From NCBI GenBank assembly GCA_046714395.1, contig JBKKBB010000071.1, positions 1 through 38,937 on the forward strand: 38,937 bases of DNA, given 5' to 3'. Position 1 is the stretch's first letter. Each line of letters starts with the position of its first letter. Below the pieces are notes generated by a model that was not told the DNA's origin, searched no databases, and saw only the letters and a program-made list of their open reading frames with translations. Positions 8,412 through 17,271 of this stretch are shown in pieces. The DNA comes from Candidatus Limnocylindrales bacterium. GTDB taxonomy: Bacteria; Chloroflexota; Limnocylindria; Limnocylindrales; CSP1-4. Position numbers and translations under genes: made by a program.

Positions 8412-9032
8412 TCAGCGGCCGCCGGCGAATTCGGGTGCGACGATCTCCGGGTGGTGGCGCGCGAGCCAGTCGACGAGCGCCCAGTGGGTCGTCTTGAACG
8501 CCAGCTCGGACCAGGGCAACGCGTCGACCGCGAAGGTCCGGATTTCGAGCGCCTCGGGCGTCAGGGTGGGGGCGCCTCCGATGACTCGTGCTTCGAACAC
8601 GAGGACCACGACAGCGGCCTCAAGCCGCGTATAGAAGCCGACGATCTCGCCAGGCTGGACGATCAATCCGGTCTCCTCGAGTGCCTCCCGAATCGCCGCT
8701 TCGTGGACGGTCTCATCCACCTCGAGGAAGCCGCCGGGCTGCGCCCACAGGCCGAGGCCGGGCTCAATCCCGCGCCGGAGCAGGATCACGCCGTCATCCA
8801 CCACCGGTAGGGCCGTGACAACAAGCCGCGGGTTGACGTAGGCGATGTGGCCGCAACCGGGACAACTGCTGCGCTGTCGGTCCTCCCCGTCAACGGCCCC
8901 GAACGACAGCTCTGTGCCGCAGCGCGAGCAGTAGCGCAGTGAGGCGGCCAGCCAACCCGGTACACCACCGCCGGACCGGATATCCGTTGAGCGCGCGTCC
9001 GGCCCGCGATCATTGACGCTATCTCCCGTCAT
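8412..9032 (-). CDS. Nudix hydrolase with N-terminal zinc ribbon (NudC-like architecture)
   Basis: Zinc ribbon CSRCG...CPGCG. Nudix box GGFLEVDETVHEAAIREALEETGL. ATG 9032 overlaps the upstream stop (ATGA). Confidence 0.85.
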   Translation of the reverse strand: MTGDSVNDRGPDARSTDIRSGGGVPGWLAASLRYCSRCGTELSFGAVDGEDRQRSSCPGCGHIAYVNPRLVVTALPVVDDGVILLRRGIEPGLGLWAQPGGFLEVDETVHEAAIREALEETGLIVQPGEIVGFYTRLEAAVVVLVFEARVIGGAPTLTPEALEIRTFAVDALPWSELAFKTTHWALVDWLARHHPEIVAPEFAGGR

Positions 9033-9463
9033 GCGGTCAATGCCAGGACTGCCGCGACGGCGAACACGAGCATCCCGATTCCCGATGCCGCGAGCCAGGC
9101 CAGCCGGAACAGCCCACGATTGCGATTGACCGGCATCCACGCCCAGGCCGATCGCCAGATCCTGAGGGACGCATCGGCGGTGGTGATGATCAGGATCGGT
9201 GCCGCGATCAGGATGCACAGCTTCACCAGCGGGCTTCCGAGCTTCGATCCGGTTTCGAGCGCCGTGATCGCCACCGCCCCGGCGATCAGGGCGATCGCGG
9301 ACAGGTTGATGTAGTGGGCCTGGAGTGGGGTCGGAGCGGTCTCGGGGATTGAGCGCGGCGCGGGCGGCGCGGGCGGCGCGGGCGAGCTCGCCGGGCGCTC
9401 ACGAACCGGGACCGACTGTCGTTCGAGGACCGGCATACCCGGTTCCCAGCGTGGATCGTCCAT
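9029..9463 (-). CDS. Hypothetical membrane protein (Pro-rich N-terminus, about 3 TM helices)
   Basis: ORF with hydrophobic segments (LSAIALIAGAVAITAL, LCILIAAPILIITT, WLAASGIGMLVFAVAAVLAL). It is translationally coupled to the Nudix gene. I recognise no family. Confidence 0.6.
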   Translation of the reverse strand: MDDPRWEPGMPVLERQSVPVRERPASSPAPPAPPAPRSIPETAPTPLQAHYINLSAIALIAGAVAITALETGSKLGSPLVKLCILIAAPILIITTADASLRIWRSAWAWMPVNRNRGLFRLAWLAASGIGMLVFAVAAVLALTA

Positions 9464-9515
9464 CCCAGCGAGTTTACCGGGCCGCAGGATCGGGACCGTA
9501 TCCGAGCGACCCGAG

Positions 9516-9540
9516 CGAAAAATCGGCTTCGGCCGCTGGG
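9516..9540 (-). terminator. Possible weak intrinsic terminator after the acyltransferase gene
   Basis: On the minus strand: CGGC-CGAA-GCCG followed by AUUUUU (plus-strand A run 9518-9522). The stem is only 4 bp, extendable with bulges. Confidence 0.3.
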
Positions 9541-9553
9541 CGGTCCGTCGTCG

Positions 9554-11869
9554 CTACTGGATCGGGCTGGCCAGATATGGCCCGACGGCGACACCCAGGG
9601 CGGGCGCGAGGGATCGGCTGAAGGTCGCTGTCAGGTGGTGGTTGTCGCGGTAGAGGATCATTCCGTCTCGCACGACCTGACAGGGCATCGCCGGACAGAC
9701 CAGCGGGATCAGATCGATGATCCCGGCGCCGGAGATCGCGGCTGCCTGCGCCTCCCGGACGCCGAAGAGGTTGGTGAAGCCGGTTGTCCGCGAGATCGCG
9801 CACGACCGGACATCGGTCGGGCTGGCGGCGATGCACCCTGGGATATCGACGCTCGTCCGTGGTGTATCAACCATGATCAGAACTCGACCGGGGACGCGAC
9901 TCACCGCCCGGGCGATCGCCTGTGCCTGTCGATCGACCGTTCGGTCCCCGGCGAGGAGCGGGAAGATCCCGCGGTGGCTCATCGCCACGATCGTCAGGTC
10001 CGCCGGCCGCTGGGCCAGGATCGCGAGGACCGCTTCCCGCCAGACCTCGCATTCCGTGTACTCGAGGGACGTGTTCAGGTGCTCGACCTTCATGTCGAGG
10101 AAAGGGCACGACAGCTTGACGTACGGCACCAGGCGCCAGCCTCGCTCCAGGGCCAGGGCCTCGATGGCCGGGAACCACGCCCCGGCGTGGGAGTCACCGA
10201 TGAGCGCGACCGTGAAGGCGCCCTCCTTGTTGCCATAGACGCAGTCCTTTGGATGGGGCTCGTCCACCTGCGATGCACAGCGGTCGCGAAGGAGCGCCTC
10301 CGTGTCTGTGCGGGCGTCGGCAATAGATGGACGGGTGCCCACGGTCAGCGGGATGGGATCCGGCGGCAGAGCGTTGGGAATGTCGCGCCAGGTCAGCAGC
10401 GGCGCGAAGGTGGGAGTCGGCTCCGGGTCAGGACTGGGCGACGGCGTCGCGGGGCCAGCCGAGGTCCCTGGTGACGCCGTTGGAGCGACGCTCGGCGTGG
10501 GTGGCGCCGTCTCCGTGGGTGGCGGCGTCGGCGCGGGGCCGAGGACGATGTCGTTGATCTCTCGCTCGCTTCTGATCCCGAGGCCGGAACCGACCAGGAC
10601 GATGACGGCGATCGACGCGATACCGGCTGGAATCGCCAGCCGCGGGCGGAGGAGGACCGAGATCCGACCGTGGTGGAACGGCTCTTCCACGAACCGCCAG
10701 CTGGCCCAGGCGGCAATGACCGCGGCCAGCGCGAGGACCGGGCGGCCCTCGGCCGGAAATGACGTGCCGACGGCGAGCGGGACCAGGATGAGGATCGGCC
10801 AGTGCCACAGGTACAGCGAGTAGCTGATCCGGCCGAGGAACCGGATCGGAGCCGTCGACAGAAGGACTGCGGGCCCGCGGGACCGTGTGCCGGACGCAAT
10901 GAGTACGGCTGCGGCCAGGGCCGGCCCGAGGGCGGCAACGCCGGGGTACGGCGTCCGCTCGTTGATAAGCATCGCCGCGGCCACGAGGCCCGCGATGGCG
11001 ACCCAGCCGGCGAACGCCGCCGGGAGCCGGGGAAGGCGCCCGAATGAAGTGCCGGCGACCGCGAGCAACCCGCCGAGCGCGAGCTGCCAGGCACGCGTCG
11101 GGAGCGAGTAGAACGCCCATCCGATCGAGGTGTCGGTGAGGTAGATGTTCGCCGCGAAGGACGCAGCCAGCACGGCCACCAGCAGCGCTCCCACCCAGCG
11201 CCGGCGGCCGCGCGCCGCGAACAGGAGCAGCGCCGGCCAGACCAGGTAGAACTGCTCCTCCACCGAGAGCGACCAGAAGTGCAGGAACGGGGAGGGCTGG
11301 CTGATCGCGGCGAAATAGTTGCCTTCGTCGAGCGCGAACCGGATGTTCGCAAGCGAGAGCGCGGATGCCGCGCCGTCGGCCATGACGCTCGGCCGGTCGA
11401 GGGGACCGATGAACAGGAAGGCGGCGGCGAGCGTGGCGAGGAGGACCACCGTGGCCGCCGGGAGGAGGCGTCGGATGCGCCGTGCGTAGAAGTTGCTCAG
11501 CGAGACACGGCCGGATCGCTCGTGCTCTCGGAGGAGCAGGCCCGTGATCAGAAAGCCGCTGATGACGAAGAAGACGTCGACGCCGATGAAGCCGCCGGGA
11601 ATCGGGAGCCCGGCGTGGAACAGCACGACGAGTGCGACCGCGATCCCGCGCAGGCCCTCGATGTCCGGCCGGAAGCCCGGGCTGTCGCCGGGACCAACGC
11701 CGGGGCCGTCGATCGGGCCATCCGGCGGGTCGTCCAGCGGGTCGCCCGGAGCGTCTGCATCGGGATCGATGTCCGGCGGCACCGGTTCAGGCGGTGTTTC
11801 CGCATCGGGCTCGATGTCCGGCGGCACCGGTTCAGGCGGTGTTTCCGCGTATTCGGTGGTGGGATCCAT
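9554..11869 (-). CDS. Acyltransferase family 3 (AT3) membrane protein with C-terminal SGNH domain (OafA/YrhL-like)
   Basis: The start is taken at ATG 11869 because the longer ORF overlaps purE. AT3 signature: RPDIEGLRGIAVALVVLFHAG...GVDVFFVISGFLIT, followed by many TM helices. A Pro/Thr linker precedes an SGNH-like C-terminus (VALIGDSHAGAW). Confidence 0.85.
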   Translation of the reverse strand: MDPTTEYAETPPEPVPPDIEPDAETPPEPVPPDIDPDADAPGDPLDDPPDGPIDGPGVGPGDSPGFRPDIEGLRGIAVALVVLFHAGLPIPGGFIGVDVFFVISGFLITGLLLREHERSGRVSLSNFYARRIRRLLPAATVVLLATLAAAFLFIGPLDRPSVMADGAASALSLANIRFALDEGNYFAAISQPSPFLHFWSLSVEEQFYLVWPALLLFAARGRRRWVGALLVAVLAASFAANIYLTDTSIGWAFYSLPTRAWQLALGGLLAVAGTSFGRLPRLPAAFAGWVAIAGLVAAAMLINERTPYPGVAALGPALAAAVLIASGTRSRGPAVLLSTAPIRFLGRISYSLYLWHWPILILVPLAVGTSFPAEGRPVLALAAVIAAWASWRFVEEPFHHGRISVLLRPRLAIPAGIASIAVIVLVGSGLGIRSEREINDIVLGPAPTPPPTETAPPTPSVAPTASPGTSAGPATPSPSPDPEPTPTFAPLLTWRDIPNALPPDPIPLTVGTRPSIADARTDTEALLRDRCASQVDEPHPKDCVYGNKEGAFTVALIGDSHAGAWFPAIEALALERGWRLVPYVKLSCPFLDMKVEHLNTSLEYTECEVWREAVLAILAQRPADLTIVAMSHRGIFPLLAGDRTVDRQAQAIARAVSRVPGRVLIMVDTPRTSVDIPGCIAASPTDVRSCAISRTTGFTNLFGVREAQAAAISGAGIIDLIPLVCPAMPCQVVRDGMILYRDNHHLTATFSRSLAPALGVAVGPYLASPIQ
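11757..11846. repeat. 45-bp tandem duplication (2 copies, 44/45 identical) inside the acyltransferase N-terminus
   Basis: 11757-11801 and 11802-11846 differ at one base. The duplication is in frame and encodes AETPPEPVPPDI(E/D)PD twice. Confidence 0.9.
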
Positions 11870-11906
11870 GGTCCGTCGTTGCGTTCCCGCGGCGCGCCGC
11901 AGACGC

Positions 11907-12401
11907 TCAGGCGTCCGCGTTCGACGGATCGTCCATGACCATCCGCGTCTGATCGGCGCGATATCCAACCAGTCGCTCGGCCAGGGCCGGGTCAGACAGG
12001 GCAAGGATCTCGACAGCCAGGATCGCGGCATTCTCCGCATTGCCGATGGCCACGGTCGCCACCGGGATCCCCCGGGGCATCTGCACGATGGACAAAAGCG
12101 AATCGAGGCCGCCCAGCTCGTGCGTCGGGATCGGGACGCCGATGACCGGGAGGGTGGTCTTGGAGGCGAGCATCCCGGGCAGATGCGCGGCGCCACCCGC
12201 GCCGGCGATCAGGACCCGGATCCCCCGTCCCATTGCGGCCTCTGCGTAGGCGAACAGATAGTCCGGGCTGCGGTGCGCCGATACCACCCGCAGCTCGCAG
12301 GGCACGTCGAGCATCTCAAGCAGGGCGGTCGCTCGCTCGAGGATCGGAAAGTCGGAGCGGCTGCCACCCACAACCCCGACCAGCGGCGGCCGCTCGGCCA
12401 T
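11907..12401 (-). CDS. purE: 5-(carboxyamino)imidazole ribonucleotide mutase
   Basis: Motifs present: [56 protein letters not shown] 12401 overlaps the purK stop (TGATG); an alternative TTG is at 12404. Confidence 0.93.
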   Translation of the reverse strand: MAERPPLVGVVGGSRSDFPILERATALLEMLDVPCELRVVSAHRSPDYLFAYAEAAMGRGIRVLIAGAGGAAHLPGMLASKTTLPVIGVPIPTHELGGLDSLLSIVQMPRGIPVATVAIGNAENAAILAVEILALSDPALAERLVGYRADQTRMVMDDPSNADA

Positions 12402-14140
12402 CAACCCACCTCCTGTGTCTCGTCTGCCCAGCGGATCCGGCCGACCGCCTCCCGAGCCGCCGCCAGGGCCGCGTCGGCACGCTCGCCGGTGGCCGTCACG
12501 TGGCCCATCTTGCGACGCTCGAACACTCGGCGCTTGTCGTACACGTGAACGTGCGTTTCCGGGACCTCGAGCGCCCGGTCAACGCCGCTGGTCCGCGCCT
12601 CGCGGTCGAGCCCCGTGCCGAGGAGATTCACGGTCGCTGCGCCCCCGACGCGAAGCTCCGTCGCGCCGAGCGGCAAGCCGCAGATCGCGCGAACGTGCTG
12701 CTCGAACTGGCTTGTTACGGCGCCCTCGATCGTCCAGTGGCCACTGTTGTGGACACGCGGGGCGAGCTCGTTCACGACGAGCGAGCCGTCCGGCATCAGA
12801 AACAGCTCGACCGTCAGCAGCCCGACCATTCCCATGCCGATGGCAAGGTCCGTACCCAGCGCCTGCGCCCGGGCGGTCACGGCATCGGCAATCCCGGCCG
12901 GCGCGGAGGATTCAACGAGGATGCCGCGATCGTGCAGGTTGCGCGCGACGGGAAAGCCGCGCGAGGTCCCGTCGACGGCCCGACCAACGATCACCGACAG
13001 TTCAGCCTCGAAGGCGACTTCCCGCTCCAGGAGAAGCGGGCGAGCGTGCGTCATCTCCGCGGCGACCATCGACTCGGCCGCCGGCAGGTCGGCGGAGTCG
13101 GCGATCCGCAGCTGGCTCCGCCCGTCGTAGCCGCCCAGCGACGCCTTCAGGCGAAGGGGCATCCCGAGTTCGGCCGCGGCTGCGTGCAGGTCCGGCACGG
13201 ATCGGACTTCGCGCCAGGGCGCCACCGTGGCGCCGTTTGCCTCCAGAAACCGCCGTTCCGAAAGTCGATCCTGGGTCAACTTCAGGGCGTACGGACCTGG
13301 GCGAATCGGCACGCTGCCATCGTCGAGGGCCTGCACCAGGCCGAGCGACACGTGTTCCAGCTCGAAGGTGATCACGGAGCAACCGATCGCCAGGCGTCGG
13401 GCGGCCTCGATGTCGTCGTAGTGTCCGATCTCGACTCGATCCGCCACCGCCGCGGCGGGACACGCCGGATCGGGGTCGAGGACGGCAACTCGATAGCCCA
13501 TCGAGCGCGCAGCCAGGGCCAGCATTCGCCCGAGCTGGCCACCCCCGAGGATGCCGATCATGGCCGGAGGTGGAATGGCCGGACTGCGGAACCCAAGGGC
13601 CTTGTAGACCCCGAGGATCCAGGTCGTCTTCGAGTGCGTGTAGCGGTAGCCGTCAACGTCGGACCCGCCCGTAATGGCCATCTTCAGGTCCGTGTACTGA
13701 CGGACCAGCTCCGGATCCTGACGGAGGGCGTCGCGAAACGCGATGTCGCGTCGAGAATCGCCACCCGTCGGTTGGACGTGGAAGTGGATGCGAAATTCAG
13801 CGCCGTCCATCTGCACGGCTCCGACGAGCATCGGGCGCGAGGGCGGCCAGGGATCGGGCCCGGGCTGGTCCTGGAAACCAAGGTCGTGCAGCGCCGCCAC
13901 GATTCCGGGGATGTGGGCGGGGTCCGTCTCAACCGAGACGTCGACGATGCCCTTGCCCGGCAGGCCCTGGACGGCGGTACTCCCGATGTGCTCGACGACG
14001 AGGTCGGGACGCACCGCCCGGACCATGGCCGAGATCCGGGTCGCGACGTCCGCCGAGCGCGGATCCCACGCGGATACGTGCGCCACGCGGCGCTCGTAGG
14101 GAAGGATCACGAGGTCGGATCGGCGGTCGGATGCGGTCAC
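12401..14140 (-). CDS. purK: GrpB-domain / N5-carboxyaminoimidazole ribonucleotide synthase (PurK) fusion protein
   Basis: The first 190 or so aa are GrpB/UPF0157-like (VVEHIGSTAVQGLPGKGIVDVSVE..., FRIHFHV). From aa 194 it is PurK (MIGILGGGQLGRMLALAARSMGYRVAVLDPD..., an ATP-grasp). This is one uninterrupted ORF. Confidence 0.8.
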   Translation of the reverse strand: MTASDRRSDLVILPYERRVAHVSAWDPRSADVATRISAMVRAVRPDLVVEHIGSTAVQGLPGKGIVDVSVETDPAHIPGIVAALHDLGFQDQPGPDPWPPSRPMLVGAVQMDGAEFRIHFHVQPTGGDSRRDIAFRDALRQDPELVRQYTDLKMAITGGSDVDGYRYTHSKTTWILGVYKALGFRSPAIPPPAMIGILGGGQLGRMLALAARSMGYRVAVLDPDPACPAAAVADRVEIGHYDDIEAARRLAIGCSVITFELEHVSLGLVQALDDGSVPIRPGPYALKLTQDRLSERRFLEANGATVAPWREVRSVPDLHAAAAELGMPLRLKASLGGYDGRSQLRIADSADLPAAESMVAAEMTHARPLLLEREVAFEAELSVIVGRAVDGTSRGFPVARNLHDRGILVESSAPAGIADAVTARAQALGTDLAIGMGMVGLLTVELFLMPDGSLVVNELAPRVHNSGHWTIEGAVTSQFEQHVRAICGLPLGATELRVGGAATVNLLGTGLDREARTSGVDRALEVPETHVHVYDKRRVFERRKMGHVTATGERADAALAAAREAVGRIRWADETQEVG

Positions 14141-14235
14141 GAGTTGGAAGTGTAGGCGGTGGCGCGTGGTCGGCGATCCCGCTCAGGCCACCGATTCCAG
14201 TGCGGCGGCCGCCGAGCCACGGTAGCCTGCCGTCG

Positions 14236-15294
14236 ATGACCAAACGGCTAGCCGTAATCCTCGATGTCGATACCGGCATCGACGACAGCCTGGCGCTCCT
14301 GTACGCGTGCGCATCTCCGGAACTCGAGATCGTGGCGGTCACGTGTCTGGCCGGTAACGTGGTCGCAGCGCAGGTCGCCGACAACACCCGGGCGGTCCTC
14401 GAGCTGGCCGGCCGCACCGACGTGGTGGTTGCGCTGGGTGCGGAGCGGCCACTCGTGAAACCGCTCGGGACGGCGGAAGAGACGCACGGCCCCGGTGGAA
14501 TCGGCTACGCGAGGCTGCCCGTGCCGGTCGCGGAACTCAGTGCGCTTCACGCCGCCGACCTCATCGTCGAGATCGCCCGCCGACGCCGGGGCGAGGTGCA
14601 TGTCGTCACGCTCGGGCCGCTCACGAACCTGGCGGTGGCGCTCCAGCGGGAACCACGCCTCCCGTGGCTTCTGCGCGGCTGGACATTCATGGGGGGGGCG
14701 TTTGGCGTACCGGGGAACACGACGCCGACGTCCGAGTGGAACATGTTCGTGGATCCGGATGCGGCGAAGGCGTGTCTGACCGCCTGGAGCGCGGCGGTGG
14801 CTTCGGATCCGAGGTTGCCGCTGCCGGTGGGGATGGGCCTCGATGTCACCGAGCGGGCGCGACTTCTGCCCGACGCAGTGGCGCGCCTGGCGATTCGCGC
14901 GGGTGCTGCGGTCGCGGACGCAGAAGTGCTCGCGTCGTCGACCGCCCCGATGCTCGGGGCTCGTTGGGTGGCCGCAAATCCCATGCTCCGATTCGTCGTG
15001 GACGCGCTCCGTTTCTACTTTGAATTCCACGCTCGGTACGACGGGTTCTACGGTGCCTTCATCCACGACCCATTCGTGGTTGCCGCGACCGCCGACCCAT
15101 CGCTCATCTTGACGCGCCCGGTGTTCGTGGACGTCGAGGCGGGCCCGGGACTCGCGCACGCCATGTCGATCGCCGATTGGCGAGGCATCACGGGGCACCG
15201 ACCAAACGTTGCCCTTGCAGTCGGCGGCGATGGCGAGACGTTCCTCGATCGCCTTGTCGAGCGGGTCGGTGATCTGGCGGCTCGGGCACGGTGA
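14236..15294 (+). CDS. Nucleoside hydrolase (inosine/uridine-preferring family)
   Basis: The N-terminal motif VILDVDTGIDDSLAL (DxDxxxDD) matches the IUNH fold. ATG 14236 lies 7 nt after a TAGCCT -10-like hexamer. Confidence 0.88.
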   Translation: MTKRLAVILDVDTGIDDSLALLYACASPELEIVAVTCLAGNVVAAQVADNTRAVLELAGRTDVVVALGAERPLVKPLGTAEETHGPGGIGYARLPVPVAELSALHAADLIVEIARRRRGEVHVVTLGPLTNLAVALQREPRLPWLLRGWTFMGGAFGVPGNTTPTSEWNMFVDPDAAKACLTAWSAAVASDPRLPLPVGMGLDVTERARLLPDAVARLAIRAGAAVADAEVLASSTAPMLGARWVAANPMLRFVVDALRFYFEFHARYDGFYGAFIHDPFVVAATADPSLILTRPVFVDVEAGPGLAHAMSIADWRGITGHRPNVALAVGGDGETFLDRLVERVGDLAARAR

Positions 15295-15364
15295 GAAGCC
15301 ACCTCCTACTCCCACCGAGGCTAGGTGGCGCCGGCCCGGCGCGGATAGGGCCCGGCCACGCGGC

Positions 15365-15820
15365 TCACCCCTCGACGATGCTCACCTCGTGGACCTGCCC
15401 ATCGACGATGCGCCAGGCGCGAATGCCTGCCGCGCCGGTGACGGCATCAGCTTCATCCGGATGAAGGGACACCAGGACGTACAGCGCGTCCGGATAGAAG
15501 GCCAGCCCGATGTCCGTGGGTGATGGCCGGGCCGGCGACGCGATATGCGAATGGACGATCGCCCAGAAGACCTCGTCCGCGTCGTCTGTCTCGATCGTGG
15601 CGCGGAGGAGGTCCTCCGAATCGATCTCGTAGCGGAACGGGGACGCGGCGCGATTCCGCATCGGCAGCCAGCGCAGGGGTCGGCCACCGTCTGCCGCCGG
15701 CCGATCCCCGACGATCAAGCCACACGCCTCGTTGGGAAGCGCGGCCCGGGAATGGTCCACGACCGCGGCCCGGATCGCACCCGGGATGGCGATTGACGGG
15801 GGACCCGGATGGCCGCTCAC
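15365..15820 (-). CDS. mec: JAMM/MPN+ metalloprotease (Mec-like CysO-cysteine peptidase)
   Basis: NEACGLIVG is present, together with the JAMM motif HSHIASPARPSPTD. The start (GTG 15820) is chosen by length comparison with Mec-type proteins and is uncertain. Confidence 0.8.
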   Translation of the reverse strand: MSGHPGPPSIAIPGAIRAAVVDHSRAALPNEACGLIVGDRPAADGGRPLRWLPMRNRAASPFRYEIDSEDLLRATIETDDADEVFWAIVHSHIASPARPSPTDIGLAFYPDALYVLVSLHPDEADAVTGAAGIRAWRIVDGQVHEVSIVEG

Positions 15821-15893
15821 GTGCTCACGAAGCGAACCGTCCGGCTGGGCGGATGGCCGGACCTGGGCCGAAAACCGCGACAGGAGCGTCCAC

Positions 15894-16997
15894 CTACCAC
15901 CAGTTGACGCCGCCCTCGAGGTCCGCTTCCATGTCGTCGAGGTCGCGGGCGTAAGTGCCGACGGAGAGATACTTCCAGCCGCCGTCGGGGAGGATCCCGA
16001 CGATAGTGCCGGCTTCCATCTCCCGTGCAACACGAGCCGCCGCAACCAGCACGGCCCCGGACGACGGTCCGGCGAAGATCCCTTCCGTCGCGATCAGCTC
16101 GCGGACCGCCGCGATGGCGTCGCGATTGGAGACGAGGTACTTGGCGTCGAGCAGGCCGGGATCCAGGATCTCGGGCACGAACCCCTCGTCGAGCGATCGA
16201 AGTCCCTGGACCGCCTCGCCGGGGAGCGGCTCGGCCGCAATGATCCGGACCCCCGGCTTGGCTCGCTGGAAGAACCGGGCCACGCCCATCAGCGTCCCCC
16301 CGGTGCCGAGCCCCGCGACGACCGCGTCGATCTCGGGGCAGTCCGCCAGGATCTCGGGCCCGGTGGTCTCCTCGTGAGCGCGCGGATTGGCCGGATTGCC
16401 GTACTGGTACGGCATCACGAACCGCGAATCGCGCGCCACCAGGTCCTTGGCCAAGGCGATGGCCCCATTGGACCCGAGCCTCCCGGGTGAATCGATGACC
16501 TCGGCCCCGAACAGCGCGGCCATCTGCCGTCGCTCCGCAGTGACGTTGTCCGGCATGACCAACGCAATCCGATAGCCCTTGCGCCGGGCGATCATGGCCA
16601 GCGCGATCCCGGTGTTGCCTGACGTCGGCTCGAGGATGATCGAATCCGGGCCGAGGACGCCTCGTCCTTCGAGGTCCTCGATCAGAGCCCTGGCCACCCG
16701 ATCCTTGACCGATCCGCTCGGGTTCAGGAACTCGAGCTTGGCGTAGATGCGGACCGCCGGGTTCGGCGAGATCGTCGGGATCGCGACCAGCGGCGTATGC
16801 CCGATGGCATCGAGGATGCTTTCGTAGCGGCCGCCGTGCGGCGCGAGGTCCGCGTGGGCCTGTTCGTGGGCGCTGGCGTGGACATGCGCGGAGCCCCGCG
16901 CGGAGGTCGCTTCTCCACGAACCTCGCGGGCCTCAGGGCTCCCGGGCACCCGAGGCGCGCGACCGGACACGGGATCCGGCGGCCGGAGCGCCGCCAC
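15894..16997 (-). CDS. cysM: PLP-dependent cysteine synthase (CysM-like, CysO-thiocarboxylate dependent type)
   Basis: Motifs present: GHTPLV, KLEFLNPSGSVKDR (PLP lysine), EPTSGNTGIALA, GTGGT. There is no ATG downstream of the cysO stop. GTG 16997 sits 1 nt after the cysO TGA and gives a 45-aa or so N-terminal extension, so the start is uncertain. Confidence 0.85.
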   Translation of the reverse strand: MAALRPPDPVSGRAPRVPGSPEAREVRGEATSARGSAHVHASAHEQAHADLAPHGGRYESILDAIGHTPLVAIPTISPNPAVRIYAKLEFLNPSGSVKDRVARALIEDLEGRGVLGPDSIILEPTSGNTGIALAMIARRKGYRIALVMPDNVTAERRQMAALFGAEVIDSPGRLGSNGAIALAKDLVARDSRFVMPYQYGNPANPRAHEETTGPEILADCPEIDAVVAGLGTGGTLMGVARFFQRAKPGVRIIAAEPLPGEAVQGLRSLDEGFVPEILDPGLLDAKYLVSNRDAIAAVRELIATEGIFAGPSSGAVLVAAARVAREMEAGTIVGILPDGGWKYLSVGTYARDLDDMEADLEGGVNWW

Positions 16998-16998
16998 C

Positions 16999-17271
16999 TC
17001 AGCCGCCTGCCATCGCCGGGAGGAGTCGCACCTCGTCGCGATCCACAACCGGCGTGGCGAGCCCTTCCAGATAGCGCACGTCCTGTCCGTTGACGTAGAC
17101 ATTGACGAACCGGTTCAGGTCCCCTTCTGCGGTCAGCAACTGGCCACCGAGACCGGGGTGGCGCTCCAGCAGTGCATGGACCAGCTCGCCGACCGTCGAG
17201 CCTTCCAGCTCGAGCGATTTGGCGCCCGCGACCGACGGTCGCAGTACCGCGGGAATGAAGACCGTGCTCAT
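16999..17271 (-). CDS. cysO: MoaD/ThiS-family sulfur carrier protein (CysO-like), C-terminal GG
   Basis: A 90-aa protein ending in ...LLPAMAGG. The FVNVYVNGQDVRY motif is present. ATGA overlap with the moeZ stop. Confidence 0.88.
   Translation of the reverse strand: MSTVFIPAVLRPSVAGAKSLELEGSTVGELVHALLERHPGLGGQLLTAEGDLNRFVNVYVNGQDVRYLEGLATPVVDRDEVRLLPAMAGG

Noticed and set aside
9554-12196. The 880-aa version of the acyltransferase ORF
   Set aside because: Its first 109 codons overlap purE out of frame and are Arg/Ser/Pro-rich. ATG 11869, just downstream of the purE stop, gives a sensible AT3 N-terminus.
12233-14155. A 640-aa plus-strand ORF opposite the GrpB-PurK gene
   Set aside because: It has no recognisable motifs and an Arg/Gly-rich composition. 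The opposite strand carries clear GrpB and PurK signatures.
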